This document shows positions 18,939 through 28,840 of a stretch of 64,000 nucleotides of DNA, piece by piece. Position 1 is the first letter of the stretch, and the number at the start of each line of letters is the position of its first letter. Both the position numbers and the translations under genes were made by a program. The DNA comes from an uncultured Lachnospiraceae bacterium (lineage in GTDB: Bacteria; Bacillota; Clostridia; Lachnospirales; Lachnospiraceae), in the NCBI GenBank assembly GCA_947627645.1, contig CANQWV010000001.1, forward strand, positions 9,367-73,366, read 5' to 3'. A model generated the notes under the pieces. That model was not told where the DNA came from. It saw only the letters and a list, made by a program, of their open reading frames with translations, and searched no databases.

Positions 18939-20855
18939 ATGTCACTGGAGGATTACAGAAAGGCATACAAACTCGGAAAAAAAGACTACCAGACACGCAT
19001 GATGCACGGCCAGCGACCGATCCTGGACGCGCTGGAAAATATACTTCCTTCCAACGAGGTGCATTCCATGGTCCCGCTTGGCCTGATGCAGATCCCGATC
19101 GATCAGATCGCCGGCACCATGACCGAGGGCCGCAGCAATGTTTTCTCCGGCAATTTCATGCCGATCCTGAGCGAAAATTCAGAATTTGCGCAGAAGTGGA
19201 TCAACCTGAGCACGGCACACGCGGAGGAGGGGATCCGCGAGCCGGTCAAGGCGTACGAGTACATGAACAAATTTTACATAGAAGAGGGCAACAAGCGGGT
19301 CAGCGTCATGAAATATTTCCAGGCTGTCTCCATTCCCGGAAACGTAACCCGTATCATGCCGAAGCGCACAGAAGAAAAGGAAAACAAGATCTATTTTGAA
19401 TTTCTGGACTTCTACAAGGTGTCCAAGATCAATTTTATCTGGTTCTCGAAGGAGGGCAGCTTTGCGAAGCTGCAGAAGATCGTCGGAAAAGGCCCGGAGG
19501 ACGTGTGGACGGACGATGAACGGATGGATTTCAATTCGCTCTACAACCGCTTCACCGCGGCCTACGAGGCGAAGGGCGGCAACGCGCTTTCTTCCATCAC
19601 GCCCGGCGATGCGTTCCTCTCCTTTATCAAACTGTATGGCTATCAGGAATTGTCAGGCAAGACGACCAATGAGATCAAAGCGCTCGTCGCAAAGAGTTGG
19701 GAAGAATTCAAGATGCTCACACAGGACGAAGAGGTCGAGCTTAAGATGAATCCCGTCCCGGAGAAAAAGCTCACCCTGAGCCGTCTGCTGCCGCTGAACG
19801 CCTCGCAGCTGAAGGCCACGAAGCTGAAGATCGCGTTTATCTACGAGAAGACGGTCACCTCCTCCGCCTGGACCTACTCGCACGAGCTGGGCCGCCTGCA
19901 CCTGGAGCAGATGTTCCCGGATGAGGTCAGCACGATCTACTTCGACAATGTCACGGAGCAGAACGCAGACGAGTATCTTGAAAAGGCCATCGGGGAGGGC
20001 TGCGACATCATCTTCACGACGACGCCGATCTTCGCGCCTGCCAGCGTGAAGGCCGCAATCGCGCACCCGAACGTCAAGATTCTCAACTGCTCGCTGAACA
20101 CCTCGCACCGCTACATCCGCACCTACTACGCGCGGATGCACGAAGCGAAGTTCCTGATGGGGGCCATCGCAGGCGCCATGGCGGAGAACGATATCCTCAC
20201 CTACATCACAGATTACCCGGTGTTCGGCAACATCGCGAACATTAACGCTTTTGCGCTCGGCGCCAAGATGATCAACCCGCGGGTGAAGGTCTATCTGGAA
20301 TGGTCCACGCTGAAGGACTACGACGTCACCGAGAGCATCCAGCGCACCCATCCGGACTGCGTCTCAGCCCGGGATATCGTGATCCCGGAGGACGCGTCCC
20401 GCTACTTCGGCATCTACCACATGGACAACGGCCGTCCGCGCAACCTGGCCATGCCGCTGTGCCACTGGGGCAAATTCTACGAGCGCCTGATCCGCACGAT
20501 CATGGACGGTACCTGGAAGCACGACGACAATACAGCCAAGGCGATCAACTACTGGTGGGGGATGTCGGCGGGCGTCGTCGACGTCATCTGCTCGAAATCC
20601 CTTCCGGTCGGCACGAAACGCCTCGTCGAGCTGCTGAAGCATACAATCACCGCCGGGGAGTTCAATCCGTTCGCCGGCGTCCTCTACTCCCAGACCGGCA
20701 TCATCGAGGGCAATCCGGACGCCGTCCTGACGCCCGAGGAGATCATGAAGATGGACTGGCTGGCGGAGAATGTCATCGGTTTCATCCCGAAGGAAGAAGA
20801 CCTGCGCGAGCACGCCCAGCCGGTCGTATCGCAGCAGGGGCTGCAGGCAAAGTGA
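18939..20855 (+). CDS. ParB/Srx-like N-terminal domain fused to a BMP (basic membrane protein) ligand-binding domain, no signal peptide
   Basis: N-terminal IPIDQIAGT...FMP...FYIEEGNKRVSV; C-terminal WTYSHELGR, GCDIIFTT, FLMGAIAGAM, INAFALGAKMINP typical of BMP/PnrA-like proteins. Confidence 0.8.
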   Translation: MSLEDYRKAYKLGKKDYQTRMMHGQRPILDALENILPSNEVHSMVPLGLMQIPIDQIAGTMTEGRSNVFSGNFMPILSENSEFAQKWINLSTAHAEEGIREPVKAYEYMNKFYIEEGNKRVSVMKYFQAVSIPGNVTRIMPKRTEEKENKIYFEFLDFYKVSKINFIWFSKEGSFAKLQKIVGKGPEDVWTDDERMDFNSLYNRFTAAYEAKGGNALSSITPGDAFLSFIKLYGYQELSGKTTNEIKALVAKSWEEFKMLTQDEEVELKMNPVPEKKLTLSRLLPLNASQLKATKLKIAFIYEKTVTSSAWTYSHELGRLHLEQMFPDEVSTIYFDNVTEQNADEYLEKAIGEGCDIIFTTTPIFAPASVKAAIAHPNVKILNCSLNTSHRYIRTYYARMHEAKFLMGAIAGAMAENDILTYITDYPVFGNIANINAFALGAKMINPRVKVYLEWSTLKDYDVTESIQRTHPDCVSARDIVIPEDASRYFGIYHMDNGRPRNLAMPLCHWGKFYERLIRTIMDGTWKHDDNTAKAINYWWGMSAGVVDVICSKSLPVGTKRLVELLKHTITAGEFNPFAGVLYSQTGIIEGNPDAVLTPEEIMKMDWLAENVIGFIPKEEDLREHAQPVVSQQGLQAK

Positions 20856-21054
20856 GACAGCTTAACAGCTTCTCATATGAATCCGGAAAATCCATCAGGC
20901 AAAGGATATTACAGGAACCGCTTCGCGAACCCTGTAATCGATTTGCGGCGCGTATCCGCGCCTTTTATCGGAATCTGCTTCGCAGCTTCCGATAAGTTAT
21001 ACTGTCAGAACCTTGACCGGCCTGCGGAAAAATTAAGAACAAGGAAAAAAGACG

Positions 21055-21678
21055 ATGCGCATACTCGCGATTGCAGATGAGGAATCCCCTTATCTGTGGG
21101 ACTATTTTGAAAAGAGCAAACTGGACGGAATCGACCTGATCATCTCCTGCGGCGATCTGGATCCGCACTATCTCTCGTTTCTGGCGACCTTCACAACCGC
21201 GCCGGTTCTCTATGTGCGCGGCAACCACGACGAGAAATACGATACGGTTCCGCCCGACGGCTGCATCTGCATCGACGACGACATTTACGTCCACGAGGGC
21301 GTGCGCATCCTCGGGCTGGGCGGCTCCATGCGCTATCGCCCCGGGAATTATCAATATACCGAGTTCCAGATGCGCCGCCGGGTCGCCCGGCTGAAGCTCA
21401 AGCTCCTGTGGCGGCGCGGCTTCGATATTCTGGTGACACACGCCCCGGCCTATCAGCTCAACGACGGCCGTGACCTCCCGCACCAGGGCTTCAAGATCTT
21501 CCTGACCCTGATGGAAAAATACAAGCCCAAATTTTTCCTGCACGGACACGTCCACCTGTCCTACGGGCGCGCGCACAAGCGCTACGACAAGTATCTCGAC
21601 ACACATGTCATCAACGCCTGCGGGCGGTATGTGTTCGATTTCGAGGACGACAATCCGGGGCATCTGGGGGCGCAGTAA
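21055..21678 (+). CDS. Metallophosphoesterase (calcineurin-like)
   Basis: AIADEE, SCGDL, VRGNHD, LVTHAP and LHGHVH motifs. Confidence 0.9.
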   Translation: MRILAIADEESPYLWDYFEKSKLDGIDLIISCGDLDPHYLSFLATFTTAPVLYVRGNHDEKYDTVPPDGCICIDDDIYVHEGVRILGLGGSMRYRPGNYQYTEFQMRRRVARLKLKLLWRRGFDILVTHAPAYQLNDGRDLPHQGFKIFLTLMEKYKPKFFLHGHVHLSYGRAHKRYDKYLDTHVINACGRYVFDFEDDNPGHLGAQ

Positions 21679-21721
21679 ACTTCATTCAACACCAATCAGA
21701 TATGTTATATGTTAAAATATT

Positions 21722-21752
21722 AGAAAGAGACGACCGGCAGCCGTCTCTTTCT
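21722..21752. terminator. Bidirectional terminator
   Basis: AGAAAGAGACG...CGTCTCTTTCT hairpin between convergent genes. Confidence 0.75.
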
Positions 21753-21804
21753 TCTTATTTCTTATCTCTTATTCCCTTTTATCTCTTTTTGATCTTTTAA
21801 AGCC

Positions 21805-24282
21805 TTACACCTCAAACGACTCCGGATCCACCTTCACTTCCACCTTATCCAGGTGCCAGATCTCGTCGACATACTGTTGGATCGTGCGGTCGGAGGTGAA
21901 CTTTCCGCTGCTCGCCATGTTCAGGATCGCCATCTTCGCCCAGCGCGCCTCATCGCGATACGCCTCCTCGACGCGCTCCTGCGCGGCCGCGTAGGACTTG
22001 AAGTCCGCGAGGATGAAGTAGGTGTCCGGACGGTCGCTGCTGTTCGTGTTCAGGAGAGAATCGTAAATGTCGCGGAACATCTCCGTATCGTGGGAATACT
22101 CGCCGTTGATCAGCTGCATCAGCACACGGCGGATATCCTGGTCGTTGTTGAAGTAATCGGTCGGATGATAACCGCCCTCGTTCTCGTAGCGAATGACTTC
22201 CTCCGCGGAAAGGCCGAAGATGAACGCGTTCTCCTCGCCCACTTCCTCGACGATCTCGACGTTCGCGCCGTCCATCGTGCCGAGCGTCGGAGCGCCGTTC
22301 AGCATGAACTTCATGTTGCCGGTACCAGAAGCCTCTTTACTCGCGGTGGAGATCTGCTCGGAGACGTCCGCCGCCGCGAAGATCAGCTCCGCGTTGGATA
22401 CGCGGTAATCCTCGATGAACACAACCTTCAGCTTGCCGTTGATCGACTGGTCGTTGTTGATGACGTCCGCCACGCTGTTGATCAGCTTGATCGTCAGCTT
22501 CGCGCGGCGATAACCCGCGGCTGCCTTCGCGCCGAAGATAAAGGTTCTCGGATAGAACTCCATCTCCGGGTGATCCTTGATCTTGTTGTAAAGGTACATC
22601 ACATGCAGGATGTTGAGCAGCTGACGCTTGTACTCATGCAGCCTCTTAACCTGCACGTCGAAGATCGAGCGCGGATCTACGTCGATGCCGTTGTGCTCCT
22701 TGATGTATTTTGCCAGACGCAGCTTGTTCTGGTATTTGATGTTCATAAACTCCTGCTGCGCCTTCTTGTCGTCCGCGTAGATCTTCATCTTCGCAATCTG
22801 CGGGAGATCGGTGATCCACTCGTCGCCGATGTGCGCCGTCACCCAGTCCGCCAGAAGCGGGTTCGCGTGGAGCAGGAATCTTCTCTGCGTGATACCGTTT
22901 GTCTTGTTGTTAAACTTCTGCGGCATCATCTCATAGAAGTCCTTGAGCTCCTGCTTCTCCAGAATCTCGGTGTGCAGCCTTGCCACGCCGTTCACCGAAT
23001 AGCCCACGGCGATCGCAAGGTTCGCCATGCGCACCTGTCCATCGTAGATGATCGCCATCTTGCGCAGCTTCTCCTGGTTGCCCGGATAGAGCTTCTGGAT
23101 GTCCGCGACGAAGCGGCGGTTGATCTCCTCGATGATCTGGTAGATACGCGGAAGCAGTCTTGAGAACAGCTCGATCGGCCATTTCTCAAGCGCCTCGGAC
23201 ATGATCGTGTGGTTCGTATACGCGCAGGTCTTCGACACAACGTCCCACGCCTCCATCCACTCGAGACCCTCCTCGTCGAGCAGAATGCGCATCAGCTCTG
23301 CCGTCGCGACCGTCGGATGCGTATCGTTGAGCTGGAACGTCACCTTCTCGTAGAATTTGTGGATATCCTTGTGTACCTTCTTATACTTCGCAACTGCCTG
23401 CTGCACGCTCGCGGAGATGAAGAAATACTGCTGCTTCAGACGCAGCTCCTTACCCGCGTAATGGTTGTCGTTCGGGTAGAGGACGTCGACGAGGTTCTTT
23501 GCCAGGTTCTCCTGCTCGACCGCTTTCTGGTAATCGCCCTTGTCAAATGAGTCGAGATGGAAATCCGTGAGCGGCTCCGCGTCCCAGATGCGCAGCGTAT
23601 TGACGAGGTTGTTGTTGTAGCCGAGGATCGGCATGTCAAACGGCACCGCGCGCACTGCCTGATAGCCCTCGTGGATGAAATGATTTCTCTGCGTCTTCTC
23701 GTCATACTCGACGCGCACATAGCCGCCGAACTTGACGATCTTCGCGTACTCCGGACGGCGCAGCTCGAACGGGTTGCCATCCTTGAGCCAGTTGTCCGGC
23801 ACCTCGACTTGGTAGCCGTTCTCGATCTTCTGCTTGAACATACCGTAGCGGTAACGGATGCCGCAACCGTACGCGCAGTAACCCAGCGTCGCCAGCGAAT
23901 CCAGGAAGCAAGCCGCCAGACGGCCGAGACCGCCGTTGCCCAGCGCAGCGTCCGGCTCCTGGTCCTCGATCACGTTGAGGTCAAAGCCCATCTCCTCGAG
24001 CGCCTCTTTCACTTCCTTGTATGCAGTCAGGTTGATCAGGTTGTTGCCGAGCGCGCGCCCCATCAGGAACTCCATCGACATATAGTAGACCATCTTCGGG
24101 TCATCGATTTCATACTGCTTCTGCGTCGCCAGCCAGTTGTTGATGATTTCATCCTTCACGGCGTAGGCCACCGCCTGGAACAGCTGCTGCTGATCCGCTT
24201 CTTTGATCGTCTTGCGGTAGAGCGTCTTGACGTTCTCCTTTACACGCTCCTTGAACACTTCCTTGTCAATCAGTTTGCTCAT
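21805..24282 (-). CDS. glgP: Glycogen/maltodextrin phosphorylase
   Basis: LGNGGLGRLAACF, QLNDTHP, KRLHEYKRQ, PLP site KEASGTGNMKF. Confidence 0.97.
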   Translation of the reverse strand: MSKLIDKEVFKERVKENVKTLYRKTIKEADQQQLFQAVAYAVKDEIINNWLATQKQYEIDDPKMVYYMSMEFLMGRALGNNLINLTAYKEVKEALEEMGFDLNVIEDQEPDAALGNGGLGRLAACFLDSLATLGYCAYGCGIRYRYGMFKQKIENGYQVEVPDNWLKDGNPFELRRPEYAKIVKFGGYVRVEYDEKTQRNHFIHEGYQAVRAVPFDMPILGYNNNLVNTLRIWDAEPLTDFHLDSFDKGDYQKAVEQENLAKNLVDVLYPNDNHYAGKELRLKQQYFFISASVQQAVAKYKKVHKDIHKFYEKVTFQLNDTHPTVATAELMRILLDEEGLEWMEAWDVVSKTCAYTNHTIMSEALEKWPIELFSRLLPRIYQIIEEINRRFVADIQKLYPGNQEKLRKMAIIYDGQVRMANLAIAVGYSVNGVARLHTEILEKQELKDFYEMMPQKFNNKTNGITQRRFLLHANPLLADWVTAHIGDEWITDLPQIAKMKIYADDKKAQQEFMNIKYQNKLRLAKYIKEHNGIDVDPRSIFDVQVKRLHEYKRQLLNILHVMYLYNKIKDHPEMEFYPRTFIFGAKAAAGYRRAKLTIKLINSVADVINNDQSINGKLKVVFIEDYRVSNAELIFAAADVSEQISTASKEASGTGNMKFMLNGAPTLGTMDGANVEIVEEVGEENAFIFGLSAEEVIRYENEGGYHPTDYFNNDQDIRRVLMQLINGEYSHDTEMFRDIYDSLLNTNSSDRPDTYFILADFKSYAAAQERVEEAYRDEARWAKMAILNMASSGKFTSDRTIQQYVDEIWHLDKVEVKVDPESFEV

Positions 24283-24414
24283 CGTATCATCCTTTCCTAT
24301 ATGGATTATTGTTTGCCTCTATTGTACGCCATGCTACCTTCAAAAACCTTCGGCTTTTTGCACAGCACGCTTAACCTCGCTAAGTGTCAAATGTGTCGAT
24401 CGCGGGTATTCGCC

Positions 24415-27400
24415 TTACAGTTTCTCCACACCCAGCGTCACATTCTCGCCGTTGATATTCCAGTCCTTCACGTACCCGCTCGCCGCGTCGTACTCGATCT
24501 CGTCCGCCATGACATCCGAAAGAATATCGCCCTCGAACTTGCGCAGGATCGCGTCGATCTTCTCGTTGTCCTTCACGGACACGCGGATCTTGTCCATCAC
24601 CTCGAAGCCGGCCTCCTTGCGCATCGTCTGGATCTTGCTGATCAGCTCGCGCACAAAGCCCTCCTCGATCAGCTCCGGCGTCAGCTTCGTATCCAGCACG
24701 ACGGAAATATCTCCGTTCGTCTCCGCAATGAAGCCCTCGGTCTGCGCCGTCTCGATCAGCAGGTCTTCCTCGGTCAGCACGACCTTGGCGCCGTCGAAAT
24801 CAAACTTCAGCGCGCCGTCCGCCTTCAGCTCAGCCATCGCCTTGTTGCCGTCGAGCTCCGTGAGCGCCTGGCGGATCTTCCCGAGCAGCTTGCCGTACTT
24901 CGGGCCGACCGTCTTGAGCTGCGGCTTGAACGTGTAAGAGATGAAGCCTCCGACATCCTGCGTATACTCGACCTTCTTGACGTTCAGCTCATCCTTCACG
25001 ATATCGGTAAAATACTCCGGCAGCTCTTCCGGCGCTTTGATGTACATCAGGGCGATCGGCTGGCGGTTCTTGATGTTCGCCGCGTTTCTGCACGCACGCC
25101 CCATCACGACCACCTTGAGCACCTGATCCATCGCGCGCTCAAGCTCCTCGTCAATCTGCGCCTCGTCCACGGTCGGGAAGTCGCACAGATGAATGCTCTC
25201 CGGCGCGGAAGCGTCCACCTTACAGACAATGTTGCGGTAAATGTCCTCCGCCATGAACGGAATCATCGGCGCGGCCGCTTTACAGGTGTTCACAAGAGCC
25301 GTGTACAGCGTCATGTAGGCATTGATCTTGTCTTGCTCCATGCCCTTCGCCCAGAAACGCTCGCGGCTTCTGCGGACGTACCAGTTGCTCATGTCGTCCA
25401 CAAACTCCTGCAGCGCGCGTCCGGCCTCCGGGATCTTGTAGCTTCCGAGCGACTCGTCGACGGTCTTCACCATCGAGTTCATCTTGGACAGCAGCCACTT
25501 GTCCATCACGGAAAGCTTCTCATAGTCCAGTGTACGCTCCATCGGATTGAAATTGTCAATGTTCGCGTACAGCACGAAGAACGCGTAAGTGTTCCACAGC
25601 GTCCCCATGAACTTACGCTGGCCCTCCTGCACGGCCTTGCCGTGGAAACGGTTCGGCAGCCACGGCGCGCTGTTCACATAGAAATACCAGCGGATCGCGT
25701 CGGCCCCGTAGGTCTCAAGCGCCTCGAACGGATCGACCGCATTGCCCTTGGACTTGCTCATTTTCTGGCCGTTCTCGTCCTGCACGTGCCCCAGCACGAT
25801 GACGTTTTCATACGGCGCCTTGTTGAACAGCAGCGTCGACTCCGCGAGCAGCGAGTAGAACCAGCCTCTCGTCTGGTCCACGGCCTCGGAGATGAACTGC
25901 GCCGGGAAATGCGCCTCGAAATATTCCTTATTCTCAAACGGATAATGGTACTGTGCGAACGGCATCGCACCGGAATCGAACCAGCAGTCGATCACCTCCG
26001 GCACGCGGTGCATCGTCTTGCCGCACTTCGGGCACTTGATCGTGATCTCATCGATGTACGGGCGGTGCAGCTCCACGGTCTTCGCCGCTTCGTTCCCGCT
26101 CAGCTCAAAGAGCTCCTCGCGGCTGCCGATCGAGTGCATATGTCCGCACTCCTCGCACTCCCAGATGTTCAGCGGCGTGCCCCAGTAGCGGTTCCGGGAG
26201 ATGCCCCAGTCCTGCACATTCTCCAGCCAGTCGCCGAAGCGGCCCTTTCCGATGCTCTCCGGAATCCAGTTGATCGTATTGTTGTTCGCGATCAGGTCAT
26301 CCTTCACCGCAGTCATCTTAATGAACCACGACTCGCGCGCGTAATAGATCAGCGGCGTGTCGCAGCGCCAGCAGTGCGGATAATCATGCTCAAATTTCGG
26401 CGCGTCAAACAGCTTGCCATCCTTGTCCAGATCGGCGATGATGACCGGATCCGCCTTCTTCACGAAGATACCCTCGTACGGCGTCTCCTTCGTCAGCTCG
26501 CCCTTGTTGTCCACAAACTGAATGAACGGCAGGTCGTAATCGCGGCCCACACGGCTGTCGTCCTCGCCGAACGCCGGCGCGATGTGAACAATGCCGGTAC
26601 CGTCAGACATCGTGACATAGCGGTCGCAGGTCACGAAATGCGCTTTCTTATGCTGCTTCGCCGCGGCCTCTCCCGCCGCCGCGAACAGCGGTTCATATTC
26701 TCTGTATTCCAGGTCTTTGCCCGTGTAGGATTCCAGGATCTCATACGCCGGGATCCCTTTTTCCTCATCGCCCAGCTTGCCGAGCACGGTGTCCAGCAGC
26801 GCCTGCGCCATATAGTAGGTCCTGCCGTCGGCCGCCTTCACCTTGCAGTAGGTCTCGTCCGGGTTGACACAAAGCGCCGTGTTCGACAGCAGCGTCCAGG
26901 GCGTCGTCGTCCAGGCCAGGAAATACGCATCCTCGCCGACCGCCTTGAAGCGAACGATCGCGGAGCGCTCCTTCACCGTCTTGTAGCCCTGCGCCACCTC
27001 CTGCGCCGAAAGCGGCGTGCCGCAGCGCGGGCAGTACGGGACGACCTTGAAGCCCTTATACAGAAGCCCTCTATCCCAGATCTTCTTCAGCGCCCACCAC
27101 TCGGACTCGATAAAATCGTCGTGGTACGTCACGTAGGGATTGTCCATGTCGGCCCAGAAACCGACCGTGCCGGAGAAATCCTCCCACATCCCCTTGTACT
27201 TCCAGACGCTCTCCTTACACTTATCAATAAACGGAATCAGGCCATACTCCTCAATCTGCTCCTTGCCGTCGAGGCCGAGCATACGCTCTACCTCCAGCTC
27301 CACCGGGAGCCCGTGCGTGTCCCAACCCGCCTTGCGGGGCACCATTTTGCCCTTCATCGTCTGGTAGCGCGGAATCATGTCCTTGATGACACGTGTCAAA

Positions 27401-27579
27401 ACATGGCCAATGTGCGGCTTGCCGTTCGCCGTGGGCGGTCCGTCATAAAACGTATAGGTCTCGCAGCCCTCGCGGTTTGCCATACTCTTCTCAAAAATCT
27501 TGTTTTCTTTCCAGAACTTTTCTGTCTGCTTCTCTCGCTCGACAAAATTCAGACTTGTAGGTACTTTGTCGTACAGCAT
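24415..27579 (-). CDS. ileS: Isoleucyl-tRNA synthetase, type 2 (eukaryote-like)
   Basis: DGPPTANGKPHIGH, GWDTHGLPVE, AWTTTPWTL, ISRNRYWGTP, DQTRGWF, KMSKS; 1054 aa. Confidence 0.96.
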   Translation of the reverse strand: MLYDKVPTSLNFVEREKQTEKFWKENKIFEKSMANREGCETYTFYDGPPTANGKPHIGHVLTRVIKDMIPRYQTMKGKMVPRKAGWDTHGLPVELEVERMLGLDGKEQIEEYGLIPFIDKCKESVWKYKGMWEDFSGTVGFWADMDNPYVTYHDDFIESEWWALKKIWDRGLLYKGFKVVPYCPRCGTPLSAQEVAQGYKTVKERSAIVRFKAVGEDAYFLAWTTTPWTLLSNTALCVNPDETYCKVKAADGRTYYMAQALLDTVLGKLGDEEKGIPAYEILESYTGKDLEYREYEPLFAAAGEAAAKQHKKAHFVTCDRYVTMSDGTGIVHIAPAFGEDDSRVGRDYDLPFIQFVDNKGELTKETPYEGIFVKKADPVIIADLDKDGKLFDAPKFEHDYPHCWRCDTPLIYYARESWFIKMTAVKDDLIANNNTINWIPESIGKGRFGDWLENVQDWGISRNRYWGTPLNIWECEECGHMHSIGSREELFELSGNEAAKTVELHRPYIDEITIKCPKCGKTMHRVPEVIDCWFDSGAMPFAQYHYPFENKEYFEAHFPAQFISEAVDQTRGWFYSLLAESTLLFNKAPYENVIVLGHVQDENGQKMSKSKGNAVDPFEALETYGADAIRWYFYVNSAPWLPNRFHGKAVQEGQRKFMGTLWNTYAFFVLYANIDNFNPMERTLDYEKLSVMDKWLLSKMNSMVKTVDESLGSYKIPEAGRALQEFVDDMSNWYVRRSRERFWAKGMEQDKINAYMTLYTALVNTCKAAAPMIPFMAEDIYRNIVCKVDASAPESIHLCDFPTVDEAQIDEELERAMDQVLKVVVMGRACRNAANIKNRQPIALMYIKAPEELPEYFTDIVKDELNVKKVEYTQDVGGFISYTFKPQLKTVGPKYGKLLGKIRQALTELDGNKAMAELKADGALKFDFDGAKVVLTEEDLLIETAQTEGFIAETNGDISVVLDTKLTPELIEEGFVRELISKIQTMRKEAGFEVMDKIRVSVKDNEKIDAILRKFEGDILSDVMADEIEYDAASGYVKDWNINGENVTLGVEKL

Positions 27580-27803
27580 CGTCTGCCTCCTCGCAAATGA
27601 TATGACTGATCATCTCCTGAGCCGTGCTGCTTTCGCCCCCGCTTCGCTCTCGGCTTGGCCGCAGACCCTCGCCGGGGCGGCATCGCCCTTTTTCAGAGAG
27701 CAATTACTTCGCCCTGTCATCCGTCGTCAAAACACAGATGTCCGGGAGCAGTCTCCCGCATCTGTCTGCCGCCGTCTGGGCACAGCTCATTGCCATACCG
27801 CAC

Positions 27804-27833
27804 ATTATAACGTAATATCCCGTTCATTGTCAA
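27804..27833 (-). promoter_or_regulatory. Sigma-A promoter of ileS
   Basis: TTGACA-18 bp-TATAAT on the minus strand. Confidence 0.75.
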
Positions 27834-27840
27834 TTTTTTA

Positions 27841-27869
27841 TTGATTTTTCGGGCAAAAACATCTATACT
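27841..27869 (+). promoter_or_regulatory. Divergent sigma-A promoter of the YesL-family gene
   Basis: TTGATT-17 bp-TATACT. Confidence 0.6.
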
Positions 27870-27959
27870 TTCTTCTATAACTATCAAAGCGGACCCAAAA
27901 GTGATCCATTGGACTGCCATCGGCCCGCTACAGAAGAATTTCCAAAAAGAAAGCGAGTG

Positions 27960-28697
27960 ATGCCTTTGCGAAGTATCTTTGATATGGACAGCGGGTTCTT
28001 CCGCGTACTCAGTCGTGTGGCGGACCTGATGATCCTGAACCTCATATTTGTCGCGTGTTGTATTCCGATTGTGACGATCGGACCCGCGCTGACAGCCATG
28101 CACTACGTCACACTAAAGATGGCGATCAACGAGGAAGGCTATGTCGTCCGGGGTTTTTTCAAATCCTTCCGGCAGAATTTCCGCCAGGCACTGATCATCT
28201 GGGTGATCATGCTCCTGATCGGCTGTATCCTGGCGACCGACCTCCTGATCCTGCGGGATGCCACAGGAATGCTGCTCCAGGTTATGCGGGTCTTCATTAT
28301 GGCTACCTTTGTCGTATATTTCATGGTGATGATCTATGTGTTCCCAACGCTGGCCAAGTTTGACAACAGCGTCAAAGCGACAATGAAGAACGCCCTGTTC
28401 ATGGCAATCCTCGATTTTCCACGCACGGTTCTCATGATCCTGATCATCGCGGCTTCTGTCTTCGTTACCTTGTACAACAGCTACACCTTCTGGTACGGAC
28501 TCCTGATCTGGATCATGCTCGGCTTTGCCTGTATCGCCTATGTAAATTCACGCTTCCTGGCAAAAATCTTCAAAAAATATATTCCGGAAGAAGAAATGGA
28601 AGAGAAAAGTGACGAGGAGTTTTCGATCGATGAAACCGCCATAAGCGCAGAGCTCCCTATGGCGGCAGACGACAAATCAGAAACAACGGAAGAATAA
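27960..28697 (+). CDS. YesL/DUF624 family membrane protein
   Basis: ADLMILNLIF...IPIVTIGPALTAM...FFKSFRQNFRQA with several TM helices. Confidence 0.85.
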   Translation: MPLRSIFDMDSGFFRVLSRVADLMILNLIFVACCIPIVTIGPALTAMHYVTLKMAINEEGYVVRGFFKSFRQNFRQALIIWVIMLLIGCILATDLLILRDATGMLLQVMRVFIMATFVVYFMVMIYVFPTLAKFDNSVKATMKNALFMAILDFPRTVLMILIIAASVFVTLYNSYTFWYGLLIWIMLGFACIAYVNSRFLAKIFKKYIPEEEMEEKSDEEFSIDETAISAELPMAADDKSETTEE

Positions 28698-28747
28698 ATC
28701 AAAGGTTTCTGCGCAGACCACATATCCGTCAGAAACCGCACATACTC

Positions 28748-28790
28748 AAAAAAATCCCTGCCTCATCTGATGATGAAGCAGGGATTTGAT
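28748..28790. terminator. Bidirectional terminator
   Basis: AAATCCCTGC...GCAGGGATTT hairpin between convergent genes. Confidence 0.7.
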
Positions 28791-28840
28791 CTTTGTCAGA
28801 CTTTTCTGCCGCTTTTATCCGCGGCGCTCATCTCTGAGCC

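Noticed and set aside
23557-27600. 1347-aa ORF on the + strand
   Set aside because: Antisense shadow of ileS and glgP caused by high third-position GC; R/L/V/H-rich with no motifs.
27580-27800. T-box riboswitch before ileS
   Set aside because: No T-box consensus or terminator/antiterminator pair found; kept only as an unexplained leader.
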